A stretch of DNA of 64,000 nt from an uncultured Gemmatimonadales bacterium (GCA_963795085.1 CAWCFX010000006.1:320001-384000); one strand, 5' to 3'; shown: positions 1 to 10,123, counted from the stretch's first letter. Numbers and translations: made by a program. Notes: a model not told the origin generated them from the sequence alone.

Positions 1-2
1 AC

Positions 3-1118
3 CTGGAGAGATACCGGGGCACCCTGCAGGGGAAAGCGGTGCTGGCCACGCCCCCCGCGGTGATTGACCTGGCGCCACTCACAAATGGCGTCCCCCGGCG
101 TTCCGAGGCGGAACTCCAGGCGCTGGAGCGGACCGTGATCGCCCCGGCCCGGCCCCCGGCCCCACGAACCGCCCGCCACCCCGACCTGCTTACGGCGGAA
201 GAGAAGCTGGCGTTCTACCAGGCCGAAGGGGTGGCCGCCGTGCTGCAGTCGGAGAGCGGATGGCTCGGCGCGGTGCGCGGCTTCGCCCGGCCGGGGGCCC
301 GGCAGGACCAGTGGTCGCGGGCCGGCATCCTCGCCTCGCCGGTGATCGTGGCGGTCACGCCGGAGCACTACAACCGGATGTATCGCATCCTACAGCGGGG
401 CATTCCGGTCACGGTCCAGCTGGAAGTCCGGAACCGGATCGGAGAGCAGGTCGAGCAGGCCGTCAACATCACCGCAGAGATCCCGGGGCGCGACCTCCGG
501 GACGAGATCGTCATGATCGGGGCCCACTTCGATACCTGGCACGCGAGCCCCAACGCCAGCGACAACACCTCCGGCGTCGCGGTGGTGCTGGAGGCGATGC
601 GGATCCTGAAAGCCGTGGGGGCCCAGCCCCGGCGCACCATCCGGATCGCGCTCTGGGCCGGCGAAGAGCAGGGGTTGTTCGGCTCCCGGGCGTACGTGAG
701 GAAGCACTTCGGCGATCCGGGCGATTCCACCACCGGGGCCCGGCCGGCGCACCGGAAGCTGTCGGTGTATTTCAACCAGGACTACGGGGCGGGCCAGTAC
801 CGCGGGATCTATCTCCAGGGCAACGAGTCTGCCCGGACCATGCTGGCCGCATGGATGGAGCCGTTCCGGGACATGGGGATGACGGTGGTATCGAACCAGA
901 GCGTGGGCAGCACCGATCACGTGGCATTCGACGAGGTGGGGCTGCCCGGCTTTCAGTTCCTGCAGGACCGCATACCGGGCACTGGCGGGCACACCAACCT
1001 GGACTTCTATGACACCATCCAGGCCGAGGACCTGATGAAAAACGCGGTAATCATGGCGGCCTACGCCTGGCACGCGGCCAACGCGGACGCGCTGATACCC
1101 CGGAAGACCAGCCCCTAG
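3..1118 (+). CDS. M28 family peptidase (carboxypeptidase Q-like), 5'-truncated by window edge
   Basis: GAHFDTW, ASDNTSG, GEEQGLFGS, STDH and GHTNLD zinc-peptidase motifs; frame open from window start. Confidence 0.85.
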   Translation: MERYRGTLQGKAVLATPPAVIDLAPLTNGVPRRSEAELQALERTVIAPARPPAPRTARHPDLLTAEEKLAFYQAEGVAAVLQSESGWLGAVRGFARPGARQDQWSRAGILASPVIVAVTPEHYNRMYRILQRGIPVTVQLEVRNRIGEQVEQAVNITAEIPGRDLRDEIVMIGAHFDTWHASPNASDNTSGVAVVLEAMRILKAVGAQPRRTIRIALWAGEEQGLFGSRAYVRKHFGDPGDSTTGARPAHRKLSVYFNQDYGAGQYRGIYLQGNESARTMLAAWMEPFRDMGMTVVSNQSVGSTDHVAFDEVGLPGFQFLQDRIPGTGGHTNLDFYDTIQAEDLMKNAVIMAAYAWHAANADALIPRKTSP

Positions 1119-1948
1119 CCGGGCGGCGGCAGCGCCTGGCCGCAGCGCTTGCAGTGGCGGGCGTCGCGGTCGTGGCCCCTTAACCCGCACTGGCCGCAGG
1201 TCCGGGCCTCGTACTCCTGGCGGACCGCGGCGCCGATCTCCACGGTCACGATGCCGGTGGGCACCGCGATAATGGCGTACCCCATGATCATGATCATGGC
1301 GGCCAGGCCCTGCCCCAGGGGCGTATGGGGCGCGATGTCTCCGTAACCCACCGTGGTCAGCGTCACGATCGCCCAGTACACGCTGGTCGGGATGCTGGTG
1401 AACCCGTTCGGGGGCCCCTCCACCAGGTACATCATGGAGCCGAGGGTGACCACGAGCGTGAGCACTCCCGCGATGAACACGGTGATCTTGTGCCGGCTGG
1501 CCCGCAGGGCCCGCATCAGGACCGCGGCCTCGGTGACGTAATTGGCGAGCTTGAGCACCCGGAAGACCCGGATCAGCCGGAGGGCGCGGACGGCGAGGAG
1601 GGCCTGGCCGCCGGGAAGCACCAGGCTCAGGTAGGTCGGCAGGATGGCCAGCAGGTCCACCACACCGAAGAAGCTGCGGGCATAGCCGGCGGCGCTGGGC
1701 GAAATCCAGAGCCGAAGCAGGTACTCCACCGTGAACACGGCGGTAAACAGGTACTCCACGATGCGGAGCCAGCGCCCGTACCCCTGGCGGATGGCCGGCA
1801 CGCTTTCCACCATTACCACCGCCACACTGAGCACGATCAATGCGATCAGCGTGACATCGAACGCCTTACCCGCGGGGGTATCGTGCCCGAAGACGATCCG
1901 GTGAATCCGGGTTCGCAGCGTCACTTCCGGCGTGGTTCGATCGGGCAT
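1115..1948 (-). CDS. Voltage-gated potassium channel / ion transporter
   Basis: TTVGYGD filter, S4-like RALRLIRVFRVLK, multiple TM helices, C-terminal CxxC pairs. Confidence 0.92.
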   Translation of the reverse strand: MPDRTTPEVTLRTRIHRIVFGHDTPAGKAFDVTLIALIVLSVAVVMVESVPAIRQGYGRWLRIVEYLFTAVFTVEYLLRLWISPSAAGYARSFFGVVDLLAILPTYLSLVLPGGQALLAVRALRLIRVFRVLKLANYVTEAAVLMRALRASRHKITVFIAGVLTLVVTLGSMMYLVEGPPNGFTSIPTSVYWAIVTLTTVGYGDIAPHTPLGQGLAAMIMIMGYAIIAVPTGIVTVEIGAAVRQEYEARTCGQCGLRGHDRDARHCKRCGQALPPPG

Positions 1949-1968
1949 GGAAGCTCCGGGGCGCGAGG

Positions 1969-2538
1969 TCAGCCCACCGGTACGATGGCCAGCAGGTCCT
2001 GGAGGGTCCGGTCCAGCTCACCCCAGAGCGCCGGCGGGGTGCGGCCGACAAATCCGTCCCGCAGGGATCGATAGTACCAGAGGGTCCCTTCCCGGCCGCC
2101 GGCAAAGCGGTCCCACAGCGGCTCTCCCAGGGAACGGTAATCACCCAGGATGGCCCGGAGGTTGTGAACCTTGTCCGCCAGCGAGACGAGAAGGGCATCG
2201 GGGTCTTTGTGCGGCAATTGCGCGAGGTAGGCCTCTTTCCGGGCCCGCCAGGGCGGCTTGGGAACGCGGTCCGCATCCGAGCAGGCCAGGACGATGGCGG
2301 CAACCCGGTCACCGAAGCGGGCGCGGATCTCCGCCAGGGTGGACTGGCCGCCCTGGTCCTCGACCGCGTCGTGCAGGAGGGCCGCGATGGCGATGTCTTC
2401 GTCGGCCCCGTGCTCAATGGCCAGGCTGGCGACCGCCAACAGGTGGCTGAGGTAGGGGATCCGGGTGCCTTTCCGGACCTGTCCCGCATGGAGCCCGGCG
2501 GCATATCCGAGCGCGGCGGCAAAGCGAGTCCAGCTAAT
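1969..2538 (-). CDS. HD-domain protein, RelA/SpoT hydrolase-like (Mesh1/small alarmone hydrolase type); probable ATT start
   Basis: RKGTRIPYLSH, ALLHDAVED, LADKVHNLR motifs; start placed by GGAGG and overlap with upstream stop. Confidence 0.8.
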   Translation of the reverse strand: MSWTRFAAALGYAAGLHAGQVRKGTRIPYLSHLLAVASLAIEHGADEDIAIAALLHDAVEDQGGQSTLAEIRARFGDRVAAIVLACSDADRVPKPPWRARKEAYLAQLPHKDPDALLVSLADKVHNLRAILGDYRSLGEPLWDRFAGGREGTLWYYRSLRDGFVGRTPPALWGELDRTLQDLLAIVPVG

Positions 2539-3958
2539 CCTCGTCCTCCGTCTCGTCGACCTCGTCTTCCTCCCGGGTAGCGCGCTCGCCGGCGCCGATT
2601 TCCCGCTCCGCCAGCAGCTCGATGAAACGCCCGAACACCTGGATGCCGTCCCAGAGCTGCTGCAGGTCCAGTTTTTCGTTGGGCGCGTGCAGCCGGTCAT
2701 CGTGGAGACCGATGCCGGTCAGCAGGACCGGGGCCCCGCTCTTCGCCAGCTCTGTCACCACCGGTATGGACCCCCCGGCCCGGACCCGTACCGGCGCCTG
2801 GCCCACCACCGACTCGAAGGCCTCGTCGAGCACCTCGAATACCGGGTGGTCAAGGTCCATGTGCACCGGTTCGCCGCCGTGCAGCATCGTCACCTCGACG
2901 TCCGCCCAGTCGGGCGCCTGGGCCAGGACCTCGCGGCGCAGCTGCTTCTCGACCTTGGCCCGGCTCTGGTTGGGCACCAGGCGAAGGCTCACCTTGGCCG
3001 TCGCCTGCGAGGGGATCACCGTCTTGGCCCCATCGCCGACAAACCCGCCCTTGATGCCGTGGATCTCGAAGGTGGGCAGGGCCCAGATCCGCTCGAACAC
3101 CGAGTGCTCCTTCTGTCCGGTGAGCGCCCGGGCAGTGACCTCCTCCTCGGTGAACTTCTTCTTGTCGAAGGGCAGCTTTTTCCAGCTCTTGAGTTCCGCC
3201 TTCGATGGCTCCTTCACCGGCTTGTAGAGGCCCTTGATCCGGATCCGGCCATCCTCGTCCTTGAGCGACGTGAGGATCCGGATGAGCGTCTCGATGGCGT
3301 TCGGGGCCACCCCGCCGAACGACCCCGAGTGCAGGTCGGTCTGCAGGGTCCGCACCGAGATCTCGGCGTAGCACATCCCCCGCAGCCCGGTGTACACCGC
3401 GGGCCAGCCCGGGGCATAGTAGGACATGTCGCAGACCAGCACCGCGTCGGCCTGGGCCCGCTCCGGCTCATTCTCCAGCAGCTCGAAGATGGCCTTGCCA
3501 CCGCACTCCTCTTCGCCCTCGATCAGCCAGCGCACGTTGACCGGGGGCTTGCCGTCCCGGTCCAGCACGGCCTGGTACGCCTTGAGCAGACAATAGACCT
3601 GGCCCTTGTCGTCCGCCGCACCCCGCGCGAACACCTTGCCGTCCCGGACCGTGGCCTCGAAGGGGGGCGTCTCCCATAGCTCCAGGGGATCGGGCGGCTG
3701 GACATCGTAATGGCCGTAGATGAGGAGCGTGGGCTTACCGGGGACCGCGGGACTTTCACCCCACACCACCGGGTGGCCGTTCCCCTCCAGCATGGTGGTC
3801 TGGCAGCCCAGGCTCCGAAGATGCTCGGCTACCCACTCGGCCGCCCGGCGGGTATCGGCGTTCCGGTCCGGCAGCGTACTAACCGAGGGGATGGCCAGGA
3901 ACTCCTTGAGCTCCGCCAGAAACTTGTCCCGGTTCTTTTCAATTATGGAGGAATCCAT
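2534..3958 (-). CDS. M20 family dipeptidase
   Basis: YGHYDVQP, RGAADDKGQ, GEEE, DLHSG, HAPNE motifs; start at MDSSII. Confidence 0.92.
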   Translation of the reverse strand: MDSSIIEKNRDKFLAELKEFLAIPSVSTLPDRNADTRRAAEWVAEHLRSLGCQTTMLEGNGHPVVWGESPAVPGKPTLLIYGHYDVQPPDPLELWETPPFEATVRDGKVFARGAADDKGQVYCLLKAYQAVLDRDGKPPVNVRWLIEGEEECGGKAIFELLENEPERAQADAVLVCDMSYYAPGWPAVYTGLRGMCYAEISVRTLQTDLHSGSFGGVAPNAIETLIRILTSLKDEDGRIRIKGLYKPVKEPSKAELKSWKKLPFDKKKFTEEEVTARALTGQKEHSVFERIWALPTFEIHGIKGGFVGDGAKTVIPSQATAKVSLRLVPNQSRAKVEKQLRREVLAQAPDWADVEVTMLHGGEPVHMDLDHPVFEVLDEAFESVVGQAPVRVRAGGSIPVVTELAKSGAPVLLTGIGLHDDRLHAPNEKLDLQQLWDGIQVFGRFIELLAEREIGAGERATREEDEVDETEDED

Positions 3959-4138
3959 GGGAGACGGGCGGTGAGGGTGATGAGACGACAGCGGTCCGCG
4001 CGGGCAGCGACCGGCGTGCAGCGTGAACATAACCCGGGGCTGGCCGGTCCGCACCCTGTCCCCGCGCCCCGGGGGGTTCGCCAAACTCCGGGCATCCCAG
4101 CCCCTAGCGCGTCGCCCGTTGGGCGATACATTGGCGCC

Positions 4139-5233
4139 ATGTTCACCACCGCGCAGTTCCGGGTTTTCACAAGCGAGCCGGAAGATAAAGTCCTGGTGCG
4201 ACCCCGCCACCTGCTGCGCGACGGCGATCGCACTCAGGCCGAGGCGGCTTACCTCGAGGTCCTGGACCGGGAACCGGGGTTGAAAGCCGCGTGGGCGGAG
4301 TACTTCCAGTTGCTTCGGGCCGAGGGGCGGTTCGACGATGCTCTGGCGCTGGCCGACCGGGCCATGGAGCAGTTTGGGGCCGACGCCTTTTCCGGCGCGC
4401 TCAAAGGTGCCGCGCTGGTGGAAATGGGGCAGCTGCGATCAGCCATCACGTTTCTCCAGGCTTCGGCCGAGCAGGATCCGGATTTCGGAATGGTCTGGCA
4501 CGAGATGGGCTACGCCGCCTGGCGGCTGGGCGAACACTCCCATGCGCTGTTGGCCCTGGACCGTGCCTTCGCGCTGGATCCCCGCAGCGGGACGCTGCAT
4601 TTGCGGGGCAAGATCCTGCGGACCTCGGGGCAGTTCATGGCGGCGGAGGTCGCCTTTGCCGCGGCGGCCGAGGCGGCTGAATTCACCGAGCAGCGAACCG
4701 AGGCCGAGCGCCAGATGGCCATCACTCGCCGGTACGCGCACGTCGGCCGGCGCCCGGCCGATGTCGCTCCCCCGGAACGCTGGTTCGCGGAGCACGGGAC
4801 CGTCTTCCTTGGCGCGGGGCCGGGCAGCCCCACCCCGCCGGAGGCCTCGCTGGAGGCGTTAGCCAGCCTGGCCCGCCAGCAGGTCTGGCGGTTCACCACC
4901 CTCATGGCGGCCGATGACTGGCCTGGCTGGGCGACCCTGGCCCGGCTGCTCAACCTGCCGGTGGAGAACGAACTGCGGCCTGCCTTCGGGATGGTCCCCC
5001 TGGTCGTCAGCCGCCGGCCTGACACCGGGAATCCGCGCTGGACCAGCGGGATCCGCTCGGTGAGCGGGGCCGGCGCCGGCCTTGGGTTTGTCCTGGAGCA
5101 GCACCCCGAACAGCCGCCCGCCGACCTCGCCATCGGGCTCCTGGGATCCCCGGGCACCCGGCTGGACCTGGCCGCCGCGGGGGCCGCCTGCCAGCACACC
5201 GACGCCCGGATCTCCCACCGCCGCCTCCGCTAA
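4139..5233 (+). CDS. Tetratricopeptide-repeat protein with uncharacterised C-terminal domain
   Basis: Ala/Leu-rich helical repeats (AYLEVLDREP, ALDRAFALDP); start at MFTTAQ. Confidence 0.7.
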   Translation: MFTTAQFRVFTSEPEDKVLVRPRHLLRDGDRTQAEAAYLEVLDREPGLKAAWAEYFQLLRAEGRFDDALALADRAMEQFGADAFSGALKGAALVEMGQLRSAITFLQASAEQDPDFGMVWHEMGYAAWRLGEHSHALLALDRAFALDPRSGTLHLRGKILRTSGQFMAAEVAFAAAAEAAEFTEQRTEAERQMAITRRYAHVGRRPADVAPPERWFAEHGTVFLGAGPGSPTPPEASLEALASLARQQVWRFTTLMAADDWPGWATLARLLNLPVENELRPAFGMVPLVVSRRPDTGNPRWTSGIRSVSGAGAGLGFVLEQHPEQPPADLAIGLLGSPGTRLDLAAAGAACQHTDARISHRRLR

Positions 5234-5299
5234 GCGTCCGCGGCAACCTTCGGTGATGCCGGTCTATCCAAGGGGCAGCCCCCCCAATCGGAGACCGAC

Positions 5300-6364
5300 A
5301 TGACTCGAGTGACCCTGCTGGCCGGCATGGCGCTGTGCGCCGCCGGTGCCCCCCTCCATTCTCAATCGCCGGAACGCTTCATTCTCAACGGCAACCGAAT
5401 CGCCATCTACAACATCGCCGGAAGGGTGACGGTGGGCCCCGCCGCCGGCAGCGCGGTAACCGTGGAAGTCACCCGGGCCGGTGCTCACGGCCGGCAACTG
5501 CGGGTGGATACCGGCGACATCGAGGGGTTCGCCACCCTGCGAGTCATCTATCCCGCCGGGGACATCCAGTACCAGGAGAACAACTGGAACGGTCAGACCC
5601 AGTTGCAGGTGCGGAGCGATGGCACCTTCGGTCAGGGCGGCGATTGGCGGGAACGAGACCGGGGGGAGCGGGTCCGGGTCAGCTCCCGGGGGGGCGGTGT
5701 GGACGCCCATGCCGACCTCCGGATCGGGGTGCCCGCCGGGAAAAACGTCAGCGTCTATCTCGGGGTCGGCGCGCTCACGGCTTCCAACGTCCAGGGTGAC
5801 CTCCGGCTGGATGCGTCCGCGGCCAACATCAGCGTGGAACGGCTGAAGGGAAGCATCGACCTCGATACCGGATCGGGAGATATCACGGCGGCCGGCATGG
5901 AGGGTGATGAATTGAACGTGGACACCGGGTCCGGCGACGTCCGGGTCACTGGCGCCAGCGGCCGCACCATCACCATCGACACCGGGTCCGGCGAAGTTAC
6001 CGGATCCGACATCACCGCGAACAGCCTGGATGTGGACACCGGATCCGGAGGTATCGACCTGACCGGGGTGCGCGCCCGCATTCTCCGCATGGACACCGGC
6101 AGCGGGGACATCAGCGTGGGCCTGCTGGGCGACACCGAGTTGATCGAGATTGACGCCGGGTCTGGCGATGTCACCGTGGGGGTGCCGGCGGGATTCGGGA
6201 GCGCGGTGAACCTGTCCACGTCCAGCGGAGATCTGCGGACCGACCTGGAGATCCAGGTGACACGGCGGAGCCGGGAGCACCTGGTGGGCCGCATCGGGGA
6301 CGGACAGGGACGGATGGCCATCGAAACCGGTTCGGGAGACATTCACATCCGTTCCTCCCGATAG
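5300..6364 (+). CDS. Secreted DUF4097 beta-strand repeat (adhesin-like) protein
   Basis: Signal peptide; repeated DTGSGD(I/V) units. Confidence 0.85.
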   Translation: MTRVTLLAGMALCAAGAPLHSQSPERFILNGNRIAIYNIAGRVTVGPAAGSAVTVEVTRAGAHGRQLRVDTGDIEGFATLRVIYPAGDIQYQENNWNGQTQLQVRSDGTFGQGGDWRERDRGERVRVSSRGGGVDAHADLRIGVPAGKNVSVYLGVGALTASNVQGDLRLDASAANISVERLKGSIDLDTGSGDITAAGMEGDELNVDTGSGDVRVTGASGRTITIDTGSGEVTGSDITANSLDVDTGSGGIDLTGVRARILRMDTGSGDISVGLLGDTELIEIDAGSGDVTVGVPAGFGSAVNLSTSSGDLRTDLEIQVTRRSREHLVGRIGDGQGRMAIETGSGDIHIRSSR

Positions 6365-6373
6365 CCGGCGGGA

Positions 6374-7462
6374 TCAGGGCGCGGGAGATTCCGCCAGCGC
6401 CCGTTCGAGCGCCGCGTAGGCACTGTCGCCCTCGAGGCCGATGACCAGCCGGCCCAGCGAGGCGACGGCCGAATCCACCCGGGTGCCGTTCCGCTGGTAC
6501 CAGGCCTCGAACAGGTGCAGCCGGTCCCGGTAGATCCGGGCCGCGATGATCTGGGCGTTGTTGATCGGCCGCTCCGAGAGCCGGCCGACCCGATAGGTGA
6601 GGAGCCGGCTTCCGACCGGGCCCTCCAGCTGCCGGCGGGCCCAGACGGCGATCTCCGCCCGGCCGCTGATGGCCGCGGCGGAGTCCGGCTCGCGGTAGAG
6701 CGAGTCCAGCCGGGCCGCCAGGTCCCGGTAGTATTCGCCCAGCACGATCTCATCCTGCCACCGGGCGGCCGCCCGGCCGGCCGTCGCGGTATCCCCCCGC
6801 TCCCGAAAGAAGGCTTCGGCCCCCCGATAGCCCACCATCTGCGCGAAGCTCTCGTTGAAGGGGGTGGCGCTCTTCACGTACAGGGTATTGTGGGCGATCT
6901 CGTGCAGCACCAGCGCGGCCAGTTCCATGGTGTCCCGGCTCATCGCCGTGGACAGCAGCGGGTCGTTGAACCACCCCAGGGTGGAAAACGCCGCCGACGG
7001 GCGGAGATAGACGTCGTACCCCTCTCCCTCCAGCTTTTCCGCCGCGCGCCGCGCCATCTCGAAATCGAAGAAACCCTTGTAGGGGACCCGCCCTACGATG
7101 GGATACTTCCAGAGATGGGGACAGAGACAGTTCTTGGGAGATGCGGAAAGCACCAGCAGCAGGGTGTCCCGCCCAACGTCGGTATAGGCGGTGTAGGTCT
7201 CCCGGGCATCGAGGCCCAGCCGGGCCGCATAGTCCCGGGCGTCGAGCACCATCTGGAGGGAGGCGCGGGTGGTAGAATCGGTCTTCGGATTGGCCACCAG
7301 CCTGGCGATATCTGCGCGGGCCTGGAGGATCCGGGTTTCTTCAATCCCGGCCCGGGTGAGGTAGCGGACGTCCTCACTCGCGACATACGCCGTGGTGTAG
7401 CCGAGGAGGAGGGCACCGACGACAATGAGGAACATGCGGAGGACTCTACGCTTCCGGATCAT
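6374..7462 (-). CDS. Putative zinc aminopeptidase (DUF2265/Aminopep type)
   Basis: HEIAH...NESFA gluzincin motif; PYKGFF, AFSTLGWFNDPL; N-terminal TM helix. Confidence 0.85.
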   Translation of the reverse strand: MIRKRRVLRMFLIVVGALLLGYTTAYVASEDVRYLTRAGIEETRILQARADIARLVANPKTDSTTRASLQMVLDARDYAARLGLDARETYTAYTDVGRDTLLLVLSASPKNCLCPHLWKYPIVGRVPYKGFFDFEMARRAAEKLEGEGYDVYLRPSAAFSTLGWFNDPLLSTAMSRDTMELAALVLHEIAHNTLYVKSATPFNESFAQMVGYRGAEAFFRERGDTATAGRAAARWQDEIVLGEYYRDLAARLDSLYREPDSAAAISGRAEIAVWARRQLEGPVGSRLLTYRVGRLSERPINNAQIIAARIYRDRLHLFEAWYQRNGTRVDSAVASLGRLVIGLEGDSAYAALERALAESPAP

Positions 7463-7534
7463 TGGTCATCAGCCATTGGTAATCGGTGAATAATAGCGCC
7501 TGGACCAATGACCAATAGCGGATGCCCCACGCTC

Positions 7535-8413
7535 TTACGGCGTCCACCGCACCCCCACCCGGTGCACCTCGCCGCCGAGCCCCTGCCGTTTCTGGTAGGC
7601 GTAGTCGAGCCCGGCCCGGCCAAGCAGAATTCCGCCGCCGTAGGTCCAGGGTGATTGCCGGCTCGCCGCCGACTGGCCGCCATGCCCCGCCCGCACTACC
7701 ACGCCGACTCCGCTGATCACGGCGCCGGCCTCGACGCCGACGACGGTGCGGCGCGCCTGGTGCTCGGTCCAGATGGTCTCGATGGTGCCGAGCAGGCGGG
7801 CGGTGGTCTGGGGATCGGTGAAGTTCATCATGAACCCCAGCCGGTACCGGGTGGGCAGGAGCAGCGGATCGCCCGAGATGCGGTTCTCGCCCACATTCTG
7901 CACGCTGAAGCCGATCGCCGCGATGTCGAAGAGGGCAAGGGCCAGCCCGGCATCGGCGGTCATGGCGCGGCTGACCCGGCCGGTGGTGTCCTCGCTGGCC
8001 ACGTACTTGGCGGAACTCCCCAGCGCGATCAGTCCGAAGCGATAGACCGCCGACCCGACCCACATGAGGTTGGAGCTGATGGCCGCGGAATCGGTAAACT
8101 GGATGTAGCTTCCGCCGCCGCCCAGGTTGAAAGGGCCGAGGCGGAGCGCAGCCGAGGCGGAGCCCTGCACCGTCTTGTCGGGATAGTACTGAAAGGATCC
8201 TTCCAGGCTCAGCAGTTTCATCGGTGCGAGCCCGGCGGGGTTGCTGAAGACGGATCCCGCGTCTCCGATCAAGGCCGCCCCAGCCCCGGCCATGGCGGCT
8301 TGCCGCACCGACGCAGGGAGACTCAAGACCAGAGGCGGCTCAGTGTTCTGCTGGCCCCGGAGCCCCGGTGCCGTCAGGCTCACCAGCAAGGGGGCCAGCC
8401 GCCATGCCCTCAC
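7535..8413 (-). CDS. PorV/PorQ-like outer-membrane beta-barrel protein
   Basis: Signal peptide, R-AAMAGA / FSNPAGL N-terminal motif, LDYAY...HRVGVRW C-terminal strands. Confidence 0.65.
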   Translation of the reverse strand: MRAWRLAPLLVSLTAPGLRGQQNTEPPLVLSLPASVRQAAMAGAGAALIGDAGSVFSNPAGLAPMKLLSLEGSFQYYPDKTVQGSASAALRLGPFNLGGGGSYIQFTDSAAISSNLMWVGSAVYRFGLIALGSSAKYVASEDTTGRVSRAMTADAGLALALFDIAAIGFSVQNVGENRISGDPLLLPTRYRLGFMMNFTDPQTTARLLGTIETIWTEHQARRTVVGVEAGAVISGVGVVVRAGHGGQSAASRQSPWTYGGGILLGRAGLDYAYQKRQGLGGEVHRVGVRWTP

Positions 8414-10065
8414 TGAATTCTCACCACGGCCAGCCGGGGAACCAGGGAGGAGAAACCGTTATCGCCTTTGAGCTGGAGGTCTAGGGGAGCCCCATTGGCC
8501 CCCTGGATTACCAGGACATGCTTGCCCGATCCGCCCCGGAGAAAACCGGTGCTGGCGTAGACTCCGGTGGTAATACTGTCCGGTTTGAGCGGATAGGAGG
8601 CCCCCAGCGACTGGAAGGTGGCCTTGAGGTCCCAGCTTTTATAGCGGAGCCGGCCCGTGGGGTCGAGGAAGGCCCCTATCTGCTCCGCGTAGTTGGCCAT
8701 CTGCCATTGGCCCACCAGCTGGTCAAAGGCCTGTCCCGTGACAGCGGCGACATTGACGGCGCCCACCTGACTGGTCCGCACCAGGCTGCGGGTCAGGTCG
8801 GTGCCGAGGATGGTGTCGGCGGCCTCCTGGTCGGCCAGCCAGCGCACGAAGAGCCACGAGGCGCCGCGCTCCCGAAGCGTGCCGAACGAAGGCGCCGGAT
8901 AAACCAGGAACGACAACTGTGGATTGGTGAGATAATCGAATCCGTTGCTCAGGTTGCTGAAGGCGAACTGGTCGAGGCAGCCGTTGAAACCGGGACACTG
9001 GGCATCGGGAATCTGCCGACCCGCCAGTTCTTCGGCGAAGTGGGACAACCCCTCGTTCAGCCAGGTCTGCTCCGCGCTGCCTCCTCGCACCAGCACGTGC
9101 TGGTTGAAGCTGATCATGTGCTGCAGTTCGTGCACCAGTACCGGCGGCAGGTTGTCGAAGACAAAGTCCTTGCTGGCGGCGCAGCTGGCCGCGGTGGGGT
9201 CCGGCACCAGGCCGTAAAAGACCTCGCCGCCGTTGGAGTTGGGATCGCTGACCAGGTCCAGCCCGAAGAAATAGCCGAGGATGATGGAGCCGTCGCTGCA
9301 GGTCCCGCTCAGGTCATTCACCGCGTCGGTCAGCAGCACCACCACCACGCCGTTTCCGTCAAGATCGGATTCCCGGCCGAAGGCGGTCGTGTCAATCTCG
9401 TACAAGTTGGGCGAGGGACCGTCGAAAAGTGCCCCCAGCGAATCAATGTCCGCCTGGGTCAGCCCGCCGGCGGGCACCGTGTTGTCGAGATAGATGGCTC
9501 CCCGGGGGCCCACGAAACGGGCGGTCGCGGCCACGTTCACGAAGCTGTTGGACCGGCAGTTGACGTCCCCGCAGACCTTGAACGTGTCCTGGGACCCGAC
9601 CACCGGCGGCAACCGGCGCAGGGCACTGGCGGCGGGGAGGCGGTTCGAGGCGTCGCGGGAGAGTTCCCGCTCCCGCTCCCGCAGTCCGGCATGGAAACTG
9701 GCCGCCCGGCTGGCGGGCGCCGCCGGAGAGAAGTCCGGTCCGGCTGCCGGGGGAACCGCCGAGGCGACCGACTGGGTACTGAACGCGAAGGGGCCGGTGA
9801 CGCCGGTCTGGGTCTCGGATCCGGCCCCGGAATAGGCCACCACCAGGTGCCGGGCCCCACCCCCGCCGGCGGCCGGCAGCCGGATGCAACCCGCGTTGAC
9901 CGTGGCGCTTAACACCACGGACTCGCCCGGATTGAGCGAGACCGGGGTGCTGGCAGTGCAGTCCACCCCAGGCTGGATCGGCGAGGGACCCGGATCGGAG
10001 CAGGCCACAGCGGCCAGCGCAACCAGTGCCAGGGCCGGGGAAAGGCGGCGGCAAAAGGGCTCCAC
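8410..10065 (-). CDS. Lipoprotein zinc metallopeptidase (M30/hyicolysin-like)
   Basis: Lipobox AVAC; HELQH and WLNEGLSHFAE motifs. Confidence 0.75.
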   Translation of the reverse strand: MEPFCRRLSPALALVALAAVACSDPGPSPIQPGVDCTASTPVSLNPGESVVLSATVNAGCIRLPAAGGGGARHLVVAYSGAGSETQTGVTGPFAFSTQSVASAVPPAAGPDFSPAAPASRAASFHAGLRERERELSRDASNRLPAASALRRLPPVVGSQDTFKVCGDVNCRSNSFVNVAATARFVGPRGAIYLDNTVPAGGLTQADIDSLGALFDGPSPNLYEIDTTAFGRESDLDGNGVVVVLLTDAVNDLSGTCSDGSIILGYFFGLDLVSDPNSNGGEVFYGLVPDPTAASCAASKDFVFDNLPPVLVHELQHMISFNQHVLVRGGSAEQTWLNEGLSHFAEELAGRQIPDAQCPGFNGCLDQFAFSNLSNGFDYLTNPQLSFLVYPAPSFGTLRERGASWLFVRWLADQEAADTILGTDLTRSLVRTSQVGAVNVAAVTGQAFDQLVGQWQMANYAEQIGAFLDPTGRLRYKSWDLKATFQSLGASYPLKPDSITTGVYASTGFLRGGSGKHVLVIQGANGAPLDLQLKGDNGFSSLVPRLAVVRIQ

Positions 10066-10123
10066 GAATGGCCTCGAATGAAAGGTGGGGAAACAGCTCT
10101 AAAATAAGGCGCCACAACAGCTT

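Noticed and set aside
3959..4210. Long N-terminal extensions in the ORF track (dipeptidase; likewise csoR, atpG, aldehyde dehydrogenase, DUF305)
   Set aside because: They overlap neighbouring genes or intergenic elements; downstream starts fit the family N-termini and SD positions better
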